A stretch of 41,168 bases of DNA from contig NIVC01003307.1 in assembly GCA_002269645.1 (NCBI GenBank), positions 106,801-147,968 of the forward strand, read 5' to 3'. The DNA comes from Macrostomum lignano (lineage: Eukaryota). Below the pieces are notes generated by a model. The model searched no databases. It was not told where the DNA came from and saw nothing but the letters and a program-made list of their open reading frames with translations. The position numbers and the translations under genes are program-made. Of the stretch, positions 13,389 to 25,181 are shown piece by piece. How positions within the stretch are numbered: the stretch's first letter is position 1; every line of letters starts with the position of its first letter.

Positions 13389-14697
13389 GGGACAGCAGCG
13401 CCCTACTGAAGGACCACATGGGGACAGCAGCGGCCTACTGAAGGACCACATGGGGGACAGCAGCGGCCTACTGAAGGACCACATAGGGGATAGCGGTGGC
13501 CTACTGAAGGACCACATGGGGGATAGCGGTGGCCTACTGAAGGACCACATGGGGGATAGCGGTGGCCTACTGAAGGACCACATGGGGACAGCAGTGCCCT
13601 ACTGAAAGACCACATGGGGGATAGCGGTGGCCTACTGAAGGACCACATAGGGGATAGCGGTGGCCTACTGAAGGACCACATAGGGGATAGCGGTGGCCTA
13701 CTGAAGGACCACATGGGGGATAGCGGCGGCCTACTGAAGGACCACATGGGGGACAGCAGTGCCCTACTGAAAGACCACATGGGGGATAGCGGTGGCCTAC
13801 TGAAGGACCACATAGGGGATAGCGGTGGCCTACTGAAGGACCACATAGGGGATAGCGGTGGCCTACTGAAGGACCACATGGGGGATAGCGGCGGCCTACT
13901 GAAGGACCACATGGGGGACAGCAGTGCCCTACTGAAAGACCACATGGGGGATAGCGGTGGCCTACTGAAGGACCACATAGGGGATAGCGGTGGCCTACTG
14001 AAGGACTACATGGGAGATAGCGGTGGCCTACTGAAGGACCACATAGGGGATAGCGGTGGCCTACTGAAGGACCACATGGGGGATAGCGGCGGCCTACTGA
14101 AGGACCACATGGGGGACAGCGGTGGCCTACTGAAGGACCACATAGGGGATAGCGGTGGCCTACTGAAGGACCACATAGGGGATAGCGGTGGCCTACTGAA
14201 GGAATACATGGGAGATAGCGGTGGCCTACTGAAGGACCACATAGGGGATAGCGGTGGCCTACTGAAGGACCACATAGGGGATAGCGGTGGCCTACTGAAG
14301 GAATACATGGGAGATAGCGGTGGCCTACTGAAGGACCACATAGGGGATAGCGGTGGCCTACTGAAGGACCACATGGGAGATAGCAGTGGCCTACTGAAGG
14401 ACCACATGGGGGATAGCGGTGGCCTACTGAAGGACCACATGGGGGATAGCGGCGGCCTACTGAAGGACCACATGGGGGATAGCGGTGGCCTACTGAAGGA
14501 CCACATGGGGGATAGCGGTGGCCTACTGAAGGACTACATGGGAGATAGCGGCGGCCTACTGAAGGACCACATGGGGGATAGCGGTGGCCTACTGAAGGAC
14601 CACATGGGAGATAGCAGTGGCCTACTGAAGGACCACATGGGGGATAGCGGTGGCCTACTGAAGGACCACATGGGGGATAGCGGTGGCCTACTGAAGG
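13389..14697 (+). repeat. 33-bp minisatellite, ~39-40 copies (consensus ATGGGGGATAGCGGTGGCCTACTGAAGGACCAC)
   Basis: Directly visible tandem array with a few 32-bp units. It begins about 75 nt downstream of the Fcf2 stop codon. Confidence 0.97.
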
Positions 14698-14772
14698 TCG
14701 AAGAACCAAGAGTTACAACTGACAGAATTGAATCCATAAGCCCCTCATACTTTGGTAATATCGTTAAAATGC

Positions 14773-15480
14773 TCAATTGCCCTTAGCCTTAGTAGTCCTT
14801 GATTTCTGCTTCTTAGTAAGCCGTTTCAGCTTATTGGCCTTGCGCAGACTCTCGGCAATGCGAGCCTGATGAATCTTTCTATAGCGCACGCGGAGCTTCT
14901 TCATAAAGTCTTCGCTAGCTAGAAGTTCATCCACAACATCCGCCCGACGCTGCTTGCGCGTTGTCCTGGAGCTGTAATAATCCTCGGGCCGATCTTCGAA
15001 AGTGCCAACCTGATAGTAGCGAGCGGGCTTGTCCCGATCGTTGCGTTTATAGAAAGTCTTCGTGTCCAGAGCTCGTCGCATCTGAAGCACTTCTAAAGCC
15101 TGCGCTTGAGCCTCGTCGGTCTCCTGACGCGGTAAGCCGAACCAATTCTTGCCGGCTGTTCGCAGGCGCTCGGCGCGGCGCTGACGCTTCATAGAGCGCG
15201 CCGATTCAGCGCTAGGAATGGCTGGCAATTGCATAAGCCGGCCGGATTCTGGGTCCGGCCGGCTCAAATTTCGGACAGTTTCGGCCGGTGTTGGCCGAGT
15301 AACATCGTCAACAGGTTTGAATGGCAGGCCGCACATTCGCTTGGCGATGTCCGCCTCGCTGATTGCGGGCACGTCGGGCTCCAGCAGGTCGTAGTCTATG
15401 GGCCAACCTGCCAGCACCGTGTCTGCCAGGCTGCGCCAGCTCGAGGACATTGAAAAGCCAGATGAGGCTGAGGCGGACAT
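14773..15480 (-). CDS. DNTTIP2: Fcf2 pre-rRNA-processing domain protein (DNTTIP2/TdIF2/Fcf2 family), 235 aa, single coding exon
   Basis: Family motifs TAGKNWFGLP, LEVLQMRRALDTKTFYKRND, YYQVGTFEDRPEDYYSSRTTRKQRRADVVDELL and a basic tail. ATG at 15480 is preceded by an acceptor-like ttaag|a. Confidence 0.92.
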   Translation of the reverse strand: MSASASSGFSMSSSWRSLADTVLAGWPIDYDLLEPDVPAISEADIAKRMCGLPFKPVDDVTRPTPAETVRNLSRPDPESGRLMQLPAIPSAESARSMKRQRRAERLRTAGKNWFGLPRQETDEAQAQALEVLQMRRALDTKTFYKRNDRDKPARYYQVGTFEDRPEDYYSSRTTRKQRRADVVDELLASEDFMKKLRVRYRKIHQARIAESLRKANKLKRLTKKQKSRTTKAKGN

Positions 15481-15585
15481 TCTTAATTTTAACAATAGAA
15501 TTCGTGAAGAACAGAAAATAAAAAATAGGAATTATCTATGAAAACTTGGCAATAGACACATTAACTTACGTATCTTTTAAAGAAT

Positions 15586-15815
15586 GGGTTGTAGCCTAAT
15601 GGTTTGAGTGTCAGACTCCCAACCGAAAGGTCAGGGGTTCGAATCTTGACCCACTCTGAACAATTTGTGTCCTTGAGCAGACACTTAACTCAGCTGTACA
15701 TGGGTGCCAGCATTAGCTGGGGTAATTTAGGGTGTGTGGTGAACCACCACCCCCCCCCCCCAGGTCCTTGGACTGAACAGCCATACACAGCCTTCAGATG
15801 CACCACGCAATAGCT
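15586..15815 (+). mobile_element. tRNA-derived SINE with a CORE/V-type central domain
   Basis: A box TAGCCTAATGG (~15592) and B box GGTTCGAATC (~15636) in a tRNA-like head with an imperfect anticodon stem. This is followed by TGTGTCCTTGAGCAGACACTTAAC, typical of SINE central domains. The 3' end is approximate. Confidence 0.8.
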
Positions 15816-17681
15816 GCAGCTGAACTTTTGGTTGCACAACTAAAATAGTATAATATGTCAACTATTTTCTAATTGCACATCTTAAATCTTCAAACTAATG
15901 GAATGAATAAGTAGTCCTATAGATAAAAGCTAGATAAAAATGGCTGTAGGTATAGGTAAGAAGACAGCCATAGTTTTAATTAGTAAAAATTATATATTTA
16001 CCCACAAAGTCTATTTACCCCTAATATTTAGATTGTACCAAAGACAAATCTTTTAAGCTAAATATTTTTGCAGCCATTTAAATTGTAAATTTCAAGGATA
16101 ATAAATAAATGTACAAAATTTAATTATAGATCACCAAGAAATCATATTCAATTTTTTATTTTTATATCTAATGACAAAAATTGGTTAATAAAAAAGTATC
16201 TTAGAAAAGAAATTATTATCTACATACTAAAAAGTTTAATTTCTAATTTACAAGATGAGCCAAAGCTTCATCTTCTTATTCATTTATTTAATCCAAAGAC
16301 TAAATAACATAATAATCTAATTTGAAAAAAGCAAGCATTTATCTTCTAATATACAAAATCACCTTGCCTTTAAGCATTAGTCAAAGAAATATAAATCATT
16401 TACATATAAGTTAGACATACTAAACCTTATCTACCAAAGAGACTTCAACTCCATTTCAAATGCATCTTTGCCTAGGCCCTGGTAGACTTTATAAAAATTT
16501 TAATGTAGTCTAGTTTAAAAAGTTAATTTGAGTGAATTAAGCTCTTAGCAGGCAGTCTAATAAGATTTTGAGGATTTTTAAAAATTTTTCATTTTTAAAC
16601 TTCATTCATCTAAGTAAAAAGACACTTTACTTTTGAAAATTGGTCAAGTAATAAAAAAGTTACAAAGCATTTTGAATCTTAATTTTTTAATATTTTTATA
16701 ATGCATTTTGCCTATAAGTTAATATACTATAATCAATTTTGCTTGCAAACTTTAGACCTAGCATGTTTATGCAACTATTTTTAATTCCCATGTCATATTT
16801 TTTTCTTTTTTTTTCTTTTCTTAAAAAAATAAACTAAGTATATTTTACACCAATATAATATACTTATTTTTGAGTGTTATATTAGGGATAAAACAAGATC
16901 TCAATTGTTAAGATCTTGGCATTTTTGAATTGGTATTATAATATAATGCCATAGTAGAAAATGATGTCTGCCAAAAGGGATAGGAAATGATATAAAAAAT
17001 GTTCTAGCCTTTAGCTCTTATCTACTTTTCTATCTATCATTATCTACTAATTTATCTAACTGTTCTATCTATTGCTGCTTTTATTTTGCCCATTTATTGC
17101 TTTATCTATGACTCTAGCTACTGCTCCAATAACTTCTTTATAAACTAAGGGCCTACTCTATCTAGCACTCAAAGATACTATATTATGGCATCAATTCAAA
17201 CTTAAAAAATAAAATACCAAAACAAACTAGAAGCTTGCAAATATTATCATACTTACATTTAATATATGTTAAGTTATTAACAAACCTAAAATTAAATAAT
17301 AATCATTTTTCTTTTTATTAGCATTGTATATATACAATAGGTATACAAACAAAAAACTCCCTGGTATAAATTCTGCCATGCATCCAACATGATCTAGAAT
17401 AAGGATTTTATGTTTTTAACCAATAATAATATCATTATTGATAGAAAGAATAATATAAATAGGCCTACTAGATAAAAATTAGGCTTAATCCCAAATCTTA
17501 ATCAAATCTTGATTATCTCAGAAATATAGATCTTAAGTCTCAAAACTCTTGAAAATTTAGTATTATCTAACCCCTATGGCTATGTTATAGGTTGTCATTT
17601 AAAAAGCCTTTTTATGAATATTTGGAAAGTGAAAGGGCTCTCAATAACCTTTCTAGCTTTTTAATAGAAAAAATTAGATTA

Positions 17682-19771
17682 CTAGTCACTATGGCAACAA
17701 GACATTTTGGTGATAAATAATTTGGTGACAATTTTGGGACAAAAATGATTTTTGGCAATAGTACTTGCAACTTCCTAAACATTAGGTATATAAAATATTC
17801 CTGATTTTCCATTTTTTCTAAAACTTTTGCCAGAGTCTTATAGACTGTTTAAAATGACAATAAAGCAAAAAACTACAAAAAATTATCTTCAGAGTTAATA
17901 GGAGCTCAATTTGTTAATCCCTATATATTTAGTGATAATTTGATATAAGCAGTTTTGGAGAATTGTATATTTGAAAATTAAACTTTCTATAATATAATAA
18001 AAAAATTAAAAAAAACAATTAGAGGGTTAGATTTTTAACTCCAATAAAGAGTGTATATTTTAATTTATCTTTACTTAGTTTATTATAGTGCAGTGAGAGT
18101 GCCATGTTTGATTAGTATTTTTGAAAAAAATCCTGACTCATTGTTTACCATTGCCTCTCACCTCCTGCTTTTGATTTGCTATTTTTCTCTCATGGTTATG
18201 ACTAGCTGTACATTCTTTACTTGTTTACCTATACTTATTACTATTAATCTGTGCTGTCTTCTCCATTCTAAAGGTAACTATAGCTGCTGATATCAATCAA
18301 TTTGATAGGGTTTATAATTTTTTCTAAATGGAAGTACTTGATAATTTGCTGAATTTTTAATTTAAGCTTTATTACAATTTTCCCCTAGATACCCCTAGTC
18401 TCTAAATGTATCTACCTAATCTACAATAGACTCCCATGCCTTTATTGAAGTTTATTTAGGTACAAAAAATCAATTCCTAATGAAGATTCTCCTTATCCTA
18501 AAACCCCCTTTCCCCCTTGCCTTGGTAGTTGTTGGTTGTTAGCCACCCCCTGTTAGACCTCTTCCTTTAGGTTTGGAATTTATCTACCTAATCTTCAATA
18601 GACCTCTATGCCTCTCTTAAAGTTAAGGTATATAAAATCAATCCCTATGAAGATTCTCCCTTACCCTAAAACCCCTATTCCTTGGTTGTTGATGGTTGTT
18701 AGTCCTCTTTTCTACCCCCACCCCTACCTCCCAAGACTTGTCCCTTCTCTTTAGCTTTTGAATTTATCTACCAAATCTTCAATAGACATCCATGTCTCTA
18801 TTGAAGTTTATGTACATAAAATTAATCCTCATGAAGATTCTCCCTACCCTAAAACCTTCCATTTCCCATGCCTCAGTGTTTGGCTTTGAGCTACGAAAAA
18901 ATGAAGCTCAAATTTGAAATTAAAAATTAAAAATTAAAATTAACAATAAAAAACTAGCAATGTCCTAGTTTCCTGCATTAAATTATTTTGACCCAATTTG
19001 ACCCATGCACACAAATAACATTGAAGGCACTTGAGCCTATGTAAAGGCAAAGTTTTGTAGTCAGCATGGTACCAGTGACAACCTTTTTGACTCCCACTTT
19101 AGCAAGTTTCTCTGGCACCAACTCTACCCAAAAAAGAGTTTTGGCAACTTTGTATACTAGCTAACATATTACTATGCCATGTAATACTCCTTTTAAGACC
19201 TAAGACTCATTTTAAATTTTTAATAAACTTGCTTTTGTTTGTTTGTTTTAAATTTTGAGTCAAAAAATTTAATGAATTTAAAACTAGGACATTGCCCAAA
19301 AAACTTTATAGAGACAAAATTATGATCTTATCAAAATTGCAACTATTTTATCTACCTAAACTAAAGTTCAAAAAGTCCAATAATTGCTATATTGGCAACA
19401 AAGAAAAAGACATTTCAACAAAAGCCTACAATATGAATTTAAGAATAAATATATTAAGCAGTAGCAACTGCATCTTTATTTTAATAAATTGATATATTTA
19501 AAGAATTTAGGTTTACCAAAAGTAGCAAGTTAAAAAAACTTATTGATTTCAAATTAAATAAGTCATTAAATAAAATAAACTAAAATGAAGTAGGCCTAAA
19601 CTAGTCCATTTGAGTATATTAAGCAGTAGCTGCATCTTTATTTTGTTAAAAAGATATAATTAATTTAAGAATTTAAGATTGTTTCCAAAGTGACTAGGCC
19701 TAGGCCTATTACCCAAATGTCTTATTGCCAAAGTATCTACTGCCAAAATGTCTTATCACCAAAGTGACTAG
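17682..19771. mobile_element. Old ~2.1-kb non-autonomous DNA transposon with degenerate TIRs made of ~15-bp subrepeats
   Basis: Left end ctagtcactatggcaacaagacattttgg matches the reverse complement of the right end (ctagtcactttggtgataagacattttgg). The TSD is ambiguous (TA or CTAG) and no coding remnant is recognised. Confidence 0.55.
18405..18880 (+). repeat. Three diverged ~175-185-bp tandem units
   Basis: Recurrent atctacc(t/a)aatct(a/t)caatagac ... atgaagattctcc...ccctaaaacc at about 18410, 18580 and 18765. Confidence 0.75.
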
Positions 19772-19775
19772 AAAC

Positions 19776-20499
19776 TAGAGCTCGAACGGGAGTAGAATTT
19801 TTGGGATCGGGCGGGATCGGGATTGAAAATAATTTTGGGATCGGGATTCGGGAATCTGGGATCTGGGAATATACTACTTACTAACTAATGAATCAAGGAT
19901 TCAAGGATAGTTTTATCTGACTATAAACCCATGAGGGGCTTTTCATATTGTCAATTCTTGTTCCAGACCCTTTTTCCAAAGTATAGCCTAAAAATTATCG
20001 GAATACTTGATGGAATAGTTAATGGAAAAGTTAACGGAATACTTAACGGAAAAGTTAATGGAAAAGTTGACGGAATAGTTGACAGAATAGTTAATAGAAA
20101 ATTTAACGGAAAAGTTGACGAAAAAGTTGACGGCCAAAGTTATACTCGTCTTTTTTCTTGTAAAATTCTGTTTCTGGAATCGCTTCGTGAAAAGCCTCAT
20201 ACTTGTTAGTTCGTTATTTACGAGTACAACTCTTTATAAATCTGTTACTAAGTAAAAATCTGCTGCTTTATTTGGTGAATTCAAGGTCAGACTTTCAACA
20301 TATTTATAGTTGCTGTTACAAAAATTAGCTTAGTATTGATTACTGCTCTTGATTGTTGAAAGCATCATCTTCATTATCAATCTATTGTGCTCCTGAATCC
20401 CGAGTTCTCTAAGCCTTCGGGATCCCGATCCTGAATTCCCAAAAAATCTTCGGGATCCCAAGAATTCGAGATCGGGATCGGGATCCCATTCGAGCTCTA
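19776..20499. mobile_element. 724-bp non-autonomous hAT element
   Basis: TIR TAGAGCTCGAA(C/T)GGGA, perfect 8-bp TSD ctagaaac (19768-19775, 20500-20507), subterminal GGATCGGGAT repeats at both ends and an internal 12-bp repeat array at ~20020-20135. Confidence 0.92.
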
Positions 20500-20803
20500 C
20501 TAGAAACTAGGCCTAAAACTTTAGATAGGGATCTAAGAATCTAGTCTAACTAAGTCTCTAGAGGCCTATTGCAATTTTTAAAAAGTCAACTTTTAAGTTT
20601 TATTTTAGGCTAAGTTATGCCAATTTCCAACTTTTCTAAAAATACTAAGCTCTAGGCCTATATATGTTTTTTACTTAAAAAGTTGAAATAATAGCTTAGA
20701 CCTAAATTATTCCTATAGCCTAGTCAATTATTATATGAACAAAAAATGACAAGGAGAATAAGGTTTTTGAACTTTTTGCTAAGAATTTGCTAAGAATTAT
20801 TTT

Positions 20804-21247
20804 GGCTATCTTACAGAATCATTCATTAAATTCACTGTATGCATATTTTTTAGCTATTGACATGAAACTTGCCAAAAATGAATAGGGGGTCTACTTTCAT
20901 TATGCAAACATTTTAGAAGTGTTTTGGCATTAAAACTCCATTTTTGGGGAGTTGTAAATTATCTTTTATTACAATTTCTAGGTTTTTCTAGATTTTTCTG
21001 AAATTTAACATGCTTTCCACTTAAAAATGGCTGGCGTACAACCTTCTGCCCCAACATAGATAGATTGTGCCACATCAAAAGGTATGCCTAGCCCTTGAAC
21101 TAGGGGCCTAACAAATATCGGACACTTCTAAACACTTCTAAAATGTTGGCTTGGCATAATGAAAACATTCATTTTTGGAAAGTTTCATGTCAATAGCTAA
21201 AAAATATGCATACAGTGAATTTGACGAACGATTCTGCAGGATAGGCC
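20804..21247. mobile_element. ~445-bp MITE with ~130-bp imperfect TIRs
   Basis: aaattcactgtatgcatattttttagctattgacatgaaactt (left) and its reverse complement at ~21195-21235. An inner extension (tttcattatgc...ttagaagtgttt) is also mirrored. Confidence 0.8.
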
Positions 21248-22141
21248 TAGCCATTATTCGTCAGCTCTACTACTCCACACAAAAATATTCTTATTGCTTT
21301 CTATTCAAATCTTGCATTTACAGTTAAAATTGTTTTGCAAGAAGTTGCAAACAGTTGTCTGTTCGGTGTTAATGTTTTTATAGCCAGATATATTAGATAG
21401 AGCCTAGCCTACCGCTATGGCGCTACGGGCCAACAGTGGACATGATATATTGATAAGACTTTGCTTAAGTTAAGCCACCGTTCACTTAATGGGACCTACT
21501 AAGAAACAGTCACAAACTACAGTTCTAAGGGAAGAATATAGATAGTTATTTAAGTACTAAAAAGTGAAACTCTGTGAGGGCTACGGCATAGAGATTACTT
21601 TAATACGATTGTGATTAAAATGCAATTATATGAAAAATAAATAATGAGTTTAGTTAAATTAGTTATGATATCGGATTTTGAAAAATATTTTATGGTGATG
21701 TAAACAAATCGTGTACAACATTTGTCGTTCATTTCACTAGTCTTTTACTGTTAATTTAGTCATAATCTTCAAAAGAATTTAAATGTAAGTTTTAAATAGA
21801 GATTACCTGGCCATCTAAGAAATATACGACATATATTTCCGGAGTTAAAAAGTTATTAATGTTAATTTTTATCTAATGCGAAATTTGTATTTTCTAACCA
21901 ATGAGTACATTGTATTAAATTTACCCTTACGTCCCATGAAGTTAAGTAACTCATTTATTTTAATACTTCTGGGAAGACATATACAATACCATTTTAGACT
22001 ATGGAAGTGTATCTGAATGCAGCGTATATAAAATACTTTTAATATCTAAATATTATTTATTAGACAATTAAAGCACGTATTTCTACAAGGCTCAAAGCTA
22101 TTCTTGAAAGCCAAAAGAAATAATAACTTTCTAGGGTAATA

Positions 22142-22314
22142 CCGAACTAGCAGCGGACTCGTGTGTAGCAGCCCAGCTGGTAGTTCAAATATTTGATGAT
22201 CAGCGACACCCGTTATGTATTGCCATAGTCGATGAAATGTACAAGGGCGTCTTCCCGCCCGGCCCTGATGCAAATGCCTCGGTAGAGGCTGCCTTCGTAG
22301 CATGCGGCGAACAG
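22142..22314 (-). pseudogene. Pseudogenised duplicate of the start of the Tudor exon (LFAACYEGSLYRGICIRAGREDALVHFIDYGNT*...)
   Basis: Clear nucleotide similarity to 26478-26648 starting at the same AG| acceptor. It has an in-frame TAA at 22213-22215 (GAA in the gene) and a 1-nt frameshift shortly after. Confidence 0.88.
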
Positions 22315-23783
22315 CTAGGGCGAAAATAACGTTCTGTGATAATATTACAGCAAAAAAATCGAAACGCTCTTTAGTCGCACTGTACTTATAGTTATAACTG
22401 TAAATGGGATATCGCTCCAGGAAATCGATTGAGCAGTTTATCTGCATGTATGAAACTGACATTCTAGCCAGAGTTATATAGGTTCCAGTATTGTCTTAAC
22501 AATATTAATATTTTCCCTGAGGTGCAGAAAGGTGAATCATCAGAACTCGTAGTACAATACATGTAGTTCAAGCTAAGATGAAGCAACTCTGGTACATGTA
22601 CGCTTGCACAGTGCATTCCGATTCCTAAAATAGCGTTGTGCAAACAGATGCTGATCGTAACAAAAATATTTTCATTTATAGAATACAGCAGTCGTGCTTT
22701 ATTTCAAAGTCAGCGGTAGTCAAAAATGGGAGAAAATAATTGGGTATCAAAGCCTGTTAAACTTCAAGAACTATATTAAAAAAATTTGACAACAAAACCG
22801 AATCGTCTCGTGTCAAAGAAAACAAAAACAATGCCTTGAGAACGGCAAGGCCGTCATAAGCAGAAACGTCTTTAGCACCTTTTTATTTTTTACTTTGAAT
22901 ACAGAAAAAAAACAAAAATAATTGCACAAACAAACTGTTCGTTGCCTAAAAAATGCTTGGCAGCAAAGGATGTTGGCTCCTTTGAACTGCATATTTCAGC
23001 AGCTCATATTATAAGGCAATAATAATTCGACATAAAATGCAAACAGAAGACTTAAATTTGCTTTTTGCAAAATCGAAAAAAAATTATTACGGAAAAAGGC
23101 GAATTACGATGCCAAACTGCTGGAAAAAAGCCTATAAAAATGCTTAAAAACTGGATGGAGTCTACTTCAGATGCACTGACCACTAGAAGTTACCGGTGTA
23201 TATCCCGGGACAAATCTCAGGCTTCTATTCGATTGGGAGGTTCATCTACATAATTGTTTGTTGAATTACTGTTCGGGAAGCTGGAAGCGGAAGAGTATAA
23301 TATGTTCTCTATTAGAAATTTTGGCAGAATTCACTGTATCAAATGGTATTTTACCAACAGACAATCTTGGGGGAGTCTCTGGTAGCATTTTTCGCTATTT
23401 TTTCAAGTCGATAAGCTCGTAAACTTATGAAGCCATCTCAGTTTCATGTGCATTAAATGCATTTTGCATCCTATTTGGGCTTACACGCATCCAAAATACG
23501 TTTGCCAAACTAAATGGAACTTTTGTCTATGGCAGCAAGGCTGGCACAGCAGCATTTGAAATTTAAAAAATGCTATCTGCCTAACCAGGGACAACTAAGA
23601 CCCTCGGGACGCAAAACGAGCCAATTCATGGCAAAAAATCTGAGGGGCTCGCTCAAAAGTACTGTTCTATGGCTTTTTCAAGTCTTCTCTGCTATCAGGC
23701 AAATTAAAATTGCTTTAGCTGCGGCCAGCAGTGAAGCTAAGCTGAACTAAATCAAGAGAAGCATTTTTTATTCACTTGATGAA

Positions 23784-24095
23784 ATGCCAAGAAAGTGCAG
23801 CGTATTTCCGTGCTCGTGAAATTACAACTCTGAAGCCGTTCGAACACGGACATTTGCGTTTCCCAGAGATCCACAGGAGCGAGAGCGATGGAGAAAGGCG
23901 CTGCCAAATATTCTCCAGGTAAGAAACCAGATCATTTGCTGTCATTACTGCTGCATAATTCCGCTTCAATTCTGCATGCCAGTCTCGTCCAAACAACTTG
24001 AAACCCAAAATTTATTATTTTAGAGAGTGACTGACCATATGGGCGTGTGCGTAAAGCATTGGCCAAGCGATGCTCCAATGGTCAAGATCCCATGA
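23784..24095 (+). pseudogene. THAP zinc-finger remnant with a 105-nt GT-AG intron (MPRKCSVFPCS*NYNS...FAFPRDPQERERWRKALPNILQ|RVTDHMGVCVKHWPSDAP)
   Basis: The C2CH ligands plus the conserved FP and W of THAP are restored when 23919-24023 (cag|gtaaga...ttttag|) is spliced. There is a premature TGA at codon 12 and a stop at 24095. Confidence 0.8.
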
Positions 24096-24596
24096 TAGAA
24101 AGCTTCGGAAGTTAGATGCTCAGTAGGTGAAGTTCCAGCGTTTCCTTTATGTACGGGCTACTGACTGTTTGTGTCGTCTTGTCCTTGGAGTTCCGTATTT
24201 GCTTCTATCTTCTTGCCGTTGGAGTTTCATCTTCGCTTTCATCCTTTATCTTCTTGCCGTTGGAGTTATATCTTTGCTTTCATATTTTATCTTCTTGCCG
24301 TTGGAGTTTTTTGTTGATATGGCGGTTACTTTATTGTAAATACATTGTAATTATATCACTGGTTCCTATTCTTTAAATTAAATACTCGACATTGCCTCGC
24401 TTTACTATTTAATCTAACCGTTAATGCCTGATAGCAGAGAAGACTTGAAAAAGCCATAAAACAATACTTTTAAGCGAGCCCCTCAGATTTTTTGCCATGA
24501 ATTGGCTCGTTTCGCGTCCCGAGGGTTTTAGTTGTCCCTGTGCCTAACTATAACAAAAAAGAGCATTTTTAGAATGGTCCAAACTGCGCTTCGATA

Positions 24597-24991
24597 ACGT
24601 ATTAAACATTCGCCGACACTTATTCAGACACTTCTACAGACACTTTAGTTTCTGTCGTACGAATCGTAGGAACAAGCATTAAATTTGTTTATTCCTAACA
24701 AACTATCAGTAAAATGCTTTATTTTAAGCTTTTTTAATTTTATTTTATAAATTATGAATCATGAAATTTGTTATTCTGCATAGATTCTCTTCACGTGAAG
24801 AAGAAAGTTAAATTTGTCTAGGACACTTCCTAATTCATATTTAATAAAATAAAGCAAAAAAAGCTTAAAATAAAGCAATTCCTAGTTTGTTAGGAATCAA
24901 CAAATTTAATGCTTGTTCCTACGATTCGTACGACAGAAACTAAAGTGTCTGTAGAAGTGTCTGAATAAGTGTCGGCGAATGTTTAATACGT
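24597..24991. mobile_element. 395-bp hairpin MITE with ACGTATT termini, nested in the right arm of the THAP element
   Basis: About 140-bp near-perfect TIRs (acgtattaaacattcgccgacac.../...gtgtcggcgaatgtttaatacgt) and TSD cttcgata(a) at 24589-24596 and 24992-24999/25000. Confidence 0.92.
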
Positions 24992-25181
24992 CTTCGATAA
25001 CAAGTTGGAGCCGCTATGGACCAAATTAAATGCCGCAGTGCCAGCCCTGCTACCATAGACAAAAAAGTTTTCAAGATGTATAAAAACGCTGCTTATAGGA
25101 CAAAGTGAACAAATTTCTGTAATTATTAACTAGCCAATTAACCAACAACAACAGCGGCAGTCAGCTGATTCAACCACAGCA

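Larger units (their letters stand above)
23520..25065. mobile_element. Non-autonomous THAP-bearing DNA transposon derivative with long imperfect inverted arms (P-element/Galileo-like; superfamily uncertain)
   Basis: Arms 23585-23705 and 24425-24540 are reverse complements, and the outer arms ttttgtctatggcagcaaggctggcac / gtgccagccctgctaccatagacaaaa also pair. A THAP remnant lies inside. No TSD was found and the ends are approximate. Confidence 0.7.

Noticed and set aside
13374-14776. Minus-strand repeat ORFs (MWSFSRPPLSP, CGPSVGHRYPP) and a CRISPR-like appearance
   Set aside because: This is a head-to-tail 33-bp minisatellite with no unique spacers, in a eukaryotic context with no cas genes.
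15586-15660. Functional tRNA-Gly(CCC) gene
   Set aside because: The anticodon and acceptor stems are poorly paired, there is no T-run terminator, and the sequence continues into a SINE body.
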